From positions 85,626-149,625 of the forward strand of contig CALSCP010002497.1 in the NCBI GenBank assembly GCA_943704425.1: a stretch of DNA of 64,000 nt, in the 5' to 3' direction. Made by a program: the position numbers and the translations under genes. This document shows positions 55,053 through 64,000 of the stretch, piece by piece. The notes under the pieces are model-generated. The model was not told where the DNA came from. It did not search any database and saw only the letters and a program-made list of their open reading frames with translations. Every line of letters begins with the position of its first letter. The first letter of the stretch is position 1. Origin of the DNA: Ministeria vibrans ATCC 50519 (taxonomy: Eukaryota > Protista > Filasterea).

Positions 55053-58000
55053 TATCCTCTCAACATTTCCCTTTTTTACTCCCTATTCGGCTGCTTTGCT
55101 CTGACACGCACTCGTGGCCATGCGTAGGGGAGAAGAATGGTACGCGCATGGAGTTTCAATTTCCGGAAAACTTTGAGTTTGAAGGGACGTGTGGCGACGA
55201 AGCAATGCACTTGGAGTCGTGGGTGCTCAACGAGCAGACGCGCAGGCACTTTGGCTCGATGAAGCTGCTCGCGCGCTCCTTTCGCTGTGCGCTGTGCGAC
55301 CAGCTTTTTGATCGAGGCGCTCGCGCTCTGGCCCACTTTGCGCAGCATCACACGGATGCGATGGCGTCTAGCACACACACCACCAGCACCATTGTTGCCA
55401 ACGACGACGACGACGATGACGCCGCCGCCGCCGCCGCCGACGACGACGCTGCCGACGCGTCCCATCTACTCTACTCCACGGCGTCACGTCAGTCGCAGCA
55501 CCAGCAGGCCTTGCTCGCTTCCCCCTCCACCATCGCTGCCACTCGGACACGTCGCTCCACTACCAAACGCACTTACCAAGACTCAGTTGATCCAAGCGAG
55601 TATGACGACCTTGAAGGCAATGACGACAGTTCCAACGACGGTTCCATCTCCGTCACAGCTCAATCTTCGCTACAGCAACAGCATCAGCGCAAAAAGAATC
55701 GGCTCGACTCTGACTCAACTAGTCGCAAGGCTCAACTTCAACAAAAACTTCAACGTAAACAACAGCAGGAACAAGAACAACATCTACAGCCACCACTGCA
55801 GCCACCGCAGTTGCAATCACAGTTGCACCACACTTCTATACCCTTTTCCGATGCCAGTGCCATTCCTACACCTCCCGTTCTACGCAAAGCGTTTGCTGCC
55901 GCAGCCGCCGCAGCGTCGGACGCGTCAGCAAGCAACCATGCGTATTCGGCAACGGCTGCAGCTGCAGCCGTTGCCGCCGTGGCAGCCACTACCAACAGCA
56001 CAGCCTACTCGCAATTCTCGCCTCTTCTTCCTCCGTCCGCCTCTGCCGCCACCCTCAACACCCCCTTCTCGCCAAGTCTCCAACCCTTTGTCTTCTTATC
56101 CCCGGACAACGCCGCCAGTGCCACCACGACGACTAAAGCTGGACCTTCATTTACATCGCCACAACAGTACGCTCAGCTCAAGCAGCCGTCCGCCCCCGCA
56201 CGCGTCATGACGGGCACCCTCGGCGTGATTCCGCCACCGTCTGCCCCATCCGGCACCACCCCTCTCATGGCACGCGACAAGACACTCCGTACTCCAGGTC
56301 AACTGCACGGCGTGCCTCTCTTTTCGTCACCCCCCGCAGACATGGCGCGCGTGCATGAAGCGCGTGATATGCTTGTCGACACGGCTCGCTCCGAGTTGGC
56401 ACCCTCCCAGGTCATGGCCATTGTCGCTCCCCCAGGGTATGGCAAGACTCGTCTTCTTGCGCGCCTCGTTTCCGAACAGAAAGTCCGCCGCGTCTTCTCC
56501 GACGGCATCTACTGGGTCTTTTGTGGCACTCACGGTGCCTCGCCTATGCCCGCCGGCACCACTGTCCATGGTCCCCCTACCACACCCACTCCTCCTCTCG
56601 ACACCTCCAAGAAGACCACCTCGAGCCCTCCCATCACAGAAACCCCGCCACCACTGCCGGACACCGACAACCCGCGGCCCATTCGACGCATTCTCAACAC
56701 CATCAGTGCGCTCATTCCAACATTCTACCAGCGACACGACCGCGCCGACGTCGCCGCCATGAGCGACTTTGCATTGCGCGAGGCACTCGCCGCACACGTC
56801 AAAAAGAAGCAAATTCTGCTCGTGCTCGATGGCATCTCGTCGTCGCTCGAGCTCCAGCGCTCCTTCATCACGGGTCACTCGGCTCTGTCGTACACGCTGG
56901 TGGCCACGCGTGACATTGCTACCATCTCACCACAGCCCTGGCAACTCTCTCAGGCGGGCCTTGTGTTGGTCCAACCCGACGCAGTGGCTCTCTTTATGCT
57001 GGCACGTGCCAACGATGGTTCTGCTGCTGCGTTTACAGCGCCCGAACGTCTCTTGTGGTCACCACTGCTGACTCAGCTTGAACAGACCGTGTTTGTTACA
57101 GTGCGCAGCCTTAGTGCCATTCTTGAGCACATCCGAGCGCCCACGGAAACGTGCATTGTGATTCCTTTGGCGGCCGTCCAGTGGATCTGCAGCACCCTCC
57201 ATGGTTTCTCGCCCGACCATACCTCCCGTGCCTGCACTCGTCTCTACCAGTGTGGTGTGCTTGCTCTGCCCGACGGCGTTTCGCTCAAACTTGCACTTCC
57301 CCTTGTACTATCGCTCGAGAACACCGACACGTCTGCGTCGCTGCTTAATCTCCTGGTCACCCTGTACCGTCGTGCGTCGGCAAGTAACTCGCGGACAGGC
57401 GAGCCGAGCGATGAATGTACTGTACAACTACTGCGTCCCTGGGTCGATACTCTCGTGAGCGGTACCGATAGCAATGGTGACAATTTTTCCCGCTGGGCTC
57501 ATGAGTCGCCGTCACGGGAGGGCAACGCCGACGACGACAAGAGGGGCAACAAAGAGGAGGCACTATCGCGAGCACACGAGTTTAGTGCCAAGTCGCTCAG
57601 CTCGCGACTGGTGTCTGCCATGCGCTCGGGTGAACCGGCCAAGATGCTTGCCGAACTGATCGACGGCAATGCCGATGTGGACATTCACACCGTGGATCCC
57701 TCAACAGGTCAGCTTCCCCTCAACATTGCCGTGAGCACACGGGACTCGGCGCTTGTCGAGATGTTCTTGTCACGCGGCCACATGCGACGTGATGCCTGTG
57801 GTCTTTCCGCTCTTGACGTGGCTGTCACGACCTTTGTCGATCCTTCTATTTTGCGCACTCTCTGTGGCGCACTTGCCGCACAGTCTGAACCACTTGCGTC
57901 CGTTGAGCCGCATCGCTGGCACCCGCTCATGATGGCTGTGGCACACAACCTGCCCCTGGAGACTGTTCGTCTTCTGCTCGAGCAACAAAGTTGCGATCGC

Positions 58001-58999
58001 AATGTTGTCGAACGAGCCTTGCATGTCGCCATCGAGATGCACTGTGAGGCGCTAAGCGAAACGGTCAGCCTTCTGGATGGCGAGTCTGGTACGTATTCCA
58101 AGGCGCTTGTGGAGTTTCGCAGAGCTGTGCGCTCGGACGCGGACGCCCTGGCACGTCTGCTGCGCCAGGCCGATGGCGATGTGCATCTGCGAATGCTCTT
58201 GAGCGACATTGCACAACGCGAGTCGCTGTTACACTCAGTAGTTGGCACCGCTGTAAACAGCAATGGCACAGATGACAGCAGTGAGGGGGACCGCATTGAG
58301 CGGACTATACATCTCCTTGTGCATGGACTCGGTGTGGACGTGAACGCGCCTGCGTACCGATCGACGTCAAGCGATACTCCGTTGCATGTTGCTGCGCGTG
58401 TCAATGCGCATGCAGTCACAGCTCTTCTTGCGTGCCATGCGAACGAACATAGACTCAATGAGGCGGGGGAGACACCCCGTGTCTGTGCCCTGGCCCTGAA
58501 AACACCCGGTGCCAAGGCGTGTGCAGCCATCTTTGAGGAACGTAATGCGATAGCAGCCAAAGCGGCGGCAGACAAGGCAGCGGTCGAGAAGGCAGCGGCG
58601 GACCAGGCAGAGGCAGATGATGCGTCGCTGGCGGCGGCCGAGACCCTGCACTCGATGAGCACTACGCCCGTCATCCAGCTTGGTGCTGCGCCTACTCCCG
58701 ACATGTATACGCTGCGCGACAACGGTCTGCTCCCACCCAGTCCGGCCAGTGCCACCACCGCCTCAGCTCGCGCAGCACCCCTCTCAGGGTTCACACCACC
58801 GCCTGCTTCGACGGCACCCCCAGGGGCAAAGAAAAATTTTCCCCTCGCAACGCCTCCGCCCTCCCGTTCCATTCTGCGCGCTCCTCCGTCACAGCCCAAG
58901 GGCACCGCCAATGCCACCACCACTCCGTCCTTCTCGGGCCTCGTTAACGCCCTCACCACTGCCCCTACTCCCGACGTCAAATCGCTGATGGAGCAGTAG
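54796..58999 (+). CDS. STAND NTPase: C2H2 zinc finger, low-complexity linker, NB-ARC-like domain, ankyrin repeats; 2 exons
   Basis: CALCDQLFDRGARALAHFAQHH; Walker A APPGYGKT; FSDGIYWV; Walker B ILLVLDG; LVATRD; ankyrin-like GQLPLNIAV, GLSALDVAV, WHPLMMAV, DTPLHVAA, GETP. Confidence 0.85.
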
Positions 59000-59122
59000 T
59001 TTATCCTTGTAAAATACATACGTGAACGTTCTTAATATCAAAATAATATGAATTTAATACTATTAAAATCATAAGACAATAATAATAATAATAATTATTA
59101 TTATTATTAGAGAATCGAGAGC

Positions 59123-59170
<48 letters not shown>

Positions 59171-59280
59171 TTATTATTACTATAATCAAGTCTACGGCGG
59201 AAGTATTGTTCTGCTCTTTGTATATATAGTCTTGTTTTGACATTGAGTACAACTTTTTCTTATTATTATTAATTTCGTTG

Positions 59281-60905
59281 TTACATTTCCATTGCAACTG
59301 AGCTAGGATGAGGAGCAGCGGCAAAAGGTCCGAGAGAAACGTACTCGGCTATGCGCTGTCGGAGGTCGGGAGAGAGGACGGTCGAATCGGAGGCGAAGCG
59401 ACGTGCAGTGGCAAACTTGAGCTGACAGACAGAACTAGAGTGGTCTGAGGAGCGACTGAGAAGGAACTCAAGAAAGCCTGGGGTGTGTGCAATAGCAACA
59501 CGGGCAAATGGATGCTGGGCAAGGGAGGCGAGGGCGTGGTAGGCGGGAAGATGGAGGTTGGGGAAGGGATTGCGGGCACAAGCGAAGAGGGAAAGAAGAA
59601 GGTCGGGAGTGCCGATGGTGGCACGCGTGAAGAGGGCCGTGTGTGCGGCGCTGAGAGGCTCACAGTGATCTTCAAAGAGACGCGCAAAGGCGGCAAGAGC
59701 TGCAATACGGAAGGAGTCGCGGGTGGTGCGCGAGAGGAGAGAGGCGAGGGCGCCAACAAGGTCGGGGGAAGAATGCTCGGCAGTGAGGGTGACGCCATGG
59801 GGTCCTGTGCCGAGCAGACCAAGTGCCGTGATGCATGAAACGGTGATTGTTTCGTCTGATGGGTCGCTGATGCCGGCGTGGATGCGTTGGAAGAGAATGG
59901 AGACGGCTGAGTCGGCCATGAGGTGTGCGGCGACTGCGCGTGCCACCAGCTGAAGAGTTGTGGGAAAGCACATGGCCTCGAGCAATGGGTCGTCGGAGGG
60001 AGTAGAGAGGCTGTCGAGGAATGCCTGGAGGACGCCCGAGTCGCGCAGGAAAGAGTGTGCGCGGGGGGCATCAAGGAGAGAGGCGCAGTGTTCGGCGACG
60101 CTGACTCGCACGAGCACGTCGGTGCTGCGCGCGTCCTGGACAAGGCGCGTGTGGACGGTGCTGTGCAGAGTGACATGTGCAGCAAGCTGGTAGATGCGAA
60201 AGCGAACCTCGTCGGAGACGTCCATGAGAGTGGTGATGTGTTGAAGGAGAGCTTCGGGCAGGGCAACGGGGGAGGGAAAGGCACGGGACATGGCCGAGCA
60301 GACGGCGTTGGTGACGGCCATAGAGTCATTGGCAAGAAGCGACACGACCGCAGCGGCCACGTCGAGGTTCGAGGCGAGTGGTTCGCCGGCGAGAAGACGC
60401 ACGCAGAGGATGCGCACCGACTCGAGCGGGTGAGACAAACCGGCCACAATGCTGTCGGTGAAGTTTGCGGGAGTTGCGGATGGCAGAGCGGGCAGGGCGT
60501 CGAGGAGCCGCTCGAGGATGGTGCATGCCGACTGTTGATGTGTGGGCGACGTGCTGGTGGCGAGGACGTGAAGCATGGCCGCAATGAGCTGTGCGTTGAC
60601 CGACAAGATGGAGTATTTTTTTTTTCTTCTCTTTCGCGATTGTTCACTTGTTCCTTACCTGTTCGAGTTTGGCGACGCTCTCTGAGTCTAGGCTTGCCAC
60701 GGTGGGTACTAAGACGGAAGATTGATCAGACAGATTGATGGAGATTTAAGATTGGGAAAATGTGGAGAGAGTGAGTGAGAGAGTGGAAAACCTTACAGAA
60801 TTCGGCCAAGGCGATGGTGAGGGTATTGAGCGAGTCACCCGTCACCGTTGCATCGTGGGTGGTTTGGAGCGTCGTAAAAAGTGATGCAAGCGGGAGATCC
60901 GTCAT
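59281..60905 (-). CDS. PSMD5: 26S proteasome assembly chaperone S5b, 3 exons
   Basis: HEAT/ARM-like helices; C-terminal HPFARVAIAHTPGFLEFLLSR...EYVSLGPF resembles PSMD5. Confidence 0.8.
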
Positions 60906-61219
60906 CGTGAGTGAAAATGAATGATAATTAATGTTAAATTATTATTGTTGATTGACTAGAGACATTTGATCGAATTCTCAAAGGTATAGGTTGCTCATGT
61001 AAGAGTGGAAGCAGTCGAAGTTGGGTTGGAACTTGGAAGGCAAGAATGACAAGGGTGCTGCCATAGCAGATGTCTTTTGGGGTCACCTTCTTTATATTGC
61101 GACGCGCCCGAGCTCACGCAGTGCCACCGTAGTGCCCATTTCCGTACCCGACACCACGATCCATCCGCATCGCTCCTTTGAGCTGCAGTGACGTATACGA
61201 CTGTGCCACCTCCACCTTG

Positions 61220-61400
61220 ACTGGTACAAAAGGTTGGGCGGCTATAGTGCACAACCGAGTACGTCACAGAGTACATGGCGCGCAGGAGACACACGGTGCC
61301 TGGTGGCACACATGACATGGGGAGCAGGTGCCAGAGGCTGTCGCGAGGTACTGAGTTGAATGCCTTACTGGAGTCGATGAAAGCGAGGATGCCCTCGGCG
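61220..61400 (-). mobile_element. Degenerate non-LTR (LINE) reverse transcriptase fragment
   Basis: AFIDSSKAFNSVPRDSLWHLL...P...LLRAMY resembles the LINE RT motif FIDFSKAFDSV; no YxDD motif and no ATG. Confidence 0.7.
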
Positions 61401-61560
61401 GCTCGGGTCAGGTGCACGTTGACTGTGGTCAAAAGAATAGTATAAGTTTAAAGCAAAACTGAAACAAGTAATAAGCGCAGACGTGTGATTCTTCACCGTC
61501 TGTCAAACAAACTCTACAGTTTGAATAAGAATGAGAATAATTGTAAAAAAGAAGCACATT

Positions 61561-61731
61561 TTATGCACTGGGCCCTTTCCCTTGTGAGAGTGACTCGTTG
61601 ATCTTGTCAATGATGGACAGGAGATCAGCAACGCCGTCACACACATAGTGAGCGCCGACGTTGGTCATGGCAGTGGAGCCAGCAGCAAGACGGGACGCAA
61701 GCTGCGTACAAAGAGAACGAGTGAGCGAGTG

Positions 61732-61773
<42 letters not shown>

Positions 61774-63000
61774 AATAATAGGAAAGTGAAAGAAAGAAGG
61801 CAAGAAAGAACAAAAGAAATAACAAATTGAAGAAAAAAAAAGAACAAAAAACAAAAATAAATGAAGGGAGAGAGACTGAGCGTCGTCACAATGAAAGCAA
61901 TGTGCACCGAGGTCGCTACCTCATCAACTGGAAGGGCATCTGCGTCTTCGCGGGACAGCCCGAGCATGTTTCCGGTGCGCACGACACCGACAGACCAGCA
62001 GCCAGCATTGACGCCGCTCGACACGTCCGCAATGGTGTCGCCCACCTTGACGACACGGCGCGGTGGGTGCACACCCGCGGCCTCCATGCACTTGAAGATG
62101 AGCCAGGGCGCCTAGACAGTCGTCTGTGAGTCACAATGGGTTTGGTTAGTGCTCTTATTTCGGATACGGGGCGTCCTTTGGAGACGGCGTCGGCGCAGTA
62201 GGTGATGTCGGGCTTGAAGACATCTTTGGTCTGACTCAACACAATCTCCATCATCTCTTGGTTATAGCCTGTGGTGGCGGCCACTTTGATGCCACGTGCA
62301 GACAGTGCCGTGATGGTCTCGGCGACACCGGGAATCATATCGCAGTGCTCGGGCAAGCGACCAAGCTACAACACAAACTTGTCAACACAAACCCACTCAA
62401 ACCAGGCACACACACTCAAAACACTGTCAACGTCTTGTCCCTCTGGACGTCCGCAGCACTCCAATTCTTTGACAAAACGTAATGCACTGCAATTCTCCTC
62501 AACATGCACCACCAAGCGTGGCCATTTGGCAATGGCGATTGAAGCGAGGTCGTTTTCACATGTTTTGTGTGGGACGACTTGCGTCGAAAAATGATCTGGT
62601 TTGTTTCCTACCTGAAGCGGAATGAACTCAGCGTAGAGACTGTCGATGTCGGCATCGGACGCCTTGCTGCCCTTGGACTTGATCCACTGCTCCGCAACGG
62701 CGGGCATGTCGAGCAGCGCCGCGATGTGTGCACGCTTGTTCAAACCCATCTAAAAACCGCCACAGCGCCGTTACTCCGGCCGATAACTTCGCTACCAACG
62801 GCGCACTGCAAATATAACAACACAACACGCATGCGTACGGGTTCGCGCGCCTGGGAGTCGGTCACAGTGACGCCGTGGTTGCCAAACAGTTTCACAAACA
62901 TTGCGGCGGGTGCGCGCGAGCCATAGTCAACGCACGTGCCCGCCATGTCAAGCACGACTAGTCCCACTGTCTCTGCTGTATCTTCGCGAGCACGCTTCAT
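61561..63000 (-). CDS. phnX: Phosphonoacetaldehyde hydrolase (phosphonatase, HAD family), about 5 exons
   Basis: [19 protein letters not shown]|MGLNKRAHI (Schiff-base Lys), TTGYN, KGRP|[26 protein letters not shown]. Confidence 0.92.
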
Positions 63001-63122
63001 TAGTAAGAAAGGTGGAGAATCCGTCAATAATACTAAAATTGTAAAAAATAGTAATCATTATTATTATTATTATTATTAATAATAATAATTATAAATTTGG
63101 ATCTTCTTCTTCTTCTTCTTAT

Positions 63123-63952
63123 TTATTTCCAATGGCGCTGAAGAGACCCCGACGCAACCTCCCCCTGCTGGTTGCGCACCAACGGATGCACGTTGCGTCC
63201 ATGTCTTTTCCGCTCGGCAATCACATCGTTGGTATACTTGAGGAAGCGTGCGTCTTCCTCCGCCTGTGTGCGCCGTTGCTGCTCGAGCGCCTGTCGCTTC
63301 TGCTCCGCTTCGCGTGCCAATTGTTCTTGTCTCTGTTGCATCTGCGTCAATTGCATTTCGCGCACCCCCGACGCGCGTTCCCGTCGCGCACGTTCTCTCT
63401 CCGTCTTCTCCCGCACGTATTCTTCGTGTGCGCGAATCCCTTCGAGTCGCAACTGCTCATTCTCGCGACGCTTCATCTCTTCCGCACGCACCATCTGCAC
63501 ACGTTGCTCCTCCAATGTTCGTCTGGTCTGGTCCGCATACGCGCGTTGTGCTTCACGTGCCTTGGAATCTTTCTCCTCCTGTGCGCGCCACAGCAGTCCT
63601 TCCTGCAGTTCGCGAGTCGGTGCGTCCCTCGCCGCACGCGCCTCTCTCTCGCGTCGCTCAGCCTCCGCCTTGGCCCACACCTGCTCCTGCAGCTTTGTCC
63701 TCCGCACCGTTCGCTTCTTCTCCAGCCCAGCTCGTACCGCCGCCCGTTCTTGCTGCTCCCTCTCCCACTCTGCGCGCGCCCGCTCCTCCTCCACCTCCCT
63801 CACCCGCTGTGCCTCCCCTCGCTTCCATCGCAGCTCTTCTACCTCCCGCATCACTCCCTTCTCGTGCTGCGCCATCTCTCGTCGCCGTCGCTCTTCCTCC
63901 TTTTGCTGTGCTTGCCACGCTTGTGCCTCCTTTTCCATTCGTTCTCGTTCTA
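63123..63952 (-). CDS. Trichohyalin-plectin homology (TPH) ciliary coiled-coil protein, CFAP210/CCDC173-like, last exon; 5' part lies beyond the window
   Basis: E/R/Q-rich coiled coil ending EEDARFLKYTNDVI...NVHPLV, similar to the CFAP210 C-terminus. Confidence 0.65.
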
Positions 63953-64000
63953 ACATCGTTAATATAATAATAATTATTATAATTATTATTATTATTATTG

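Overview
Gene-dense eukaryotic nuclear DNA from a unicellular eukaryote, plausibly an opisthokont or other amorphean (inference from the IP3 receptor, TEA factor, myosin-I tail, WHAMM/JMY-like protein and ciliary TPH protein). Exons are GC-rich. Introns are short GT-AG type and often filled with (TG)n, (CT)n, (AAT)n or homopolymers. About 27 genes or gene fragments were modelled by eye, so exon boundaries are hand-derived. Recognisable genes: ABCB6/ATM1-type transporter, BUD13, arylsulfatase, KRR1, a secreted six-hairpin glycosidase-like protein, LRRC57, VPS9-domain protein, ADCK kinase, a ~3,200-aa IP3-receptor-like channel, FAHD2 (5' part), ELP3 (3' part), SMP+C2 protein, TEA factor, SDR, myosin-I tail, TPR-like protein, HADHA, rhodanese, DTYMK (5' part), MGAT1, a WHAMM/JMY-like NPF, a ZnF-NB-ARC-ankyrin STAND protein, PSMD5, phosphonatase PhnX and a CFAP210-like gene, plus a LINE RT remnant. 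Main observations: (1) four points where undecayed genes are cut at a long simple repeat, most likely mis-joins, with rearrangement or trans-splicing as alternatives; (2) an IP3R-like channel lacking the IP3-binding residues and the canonical GGGVGD filter; (3) an NLR/Apaf-1-like STAND protein with an N-terminal C2H2 finger; (4) a WHAMM/JMY-like Arp2/3 activator; (5) an intron-containing phnX; (6) two dispersed, orientation-biased short repeat families. No CRISPR array, tRNA or rRNA was seen.
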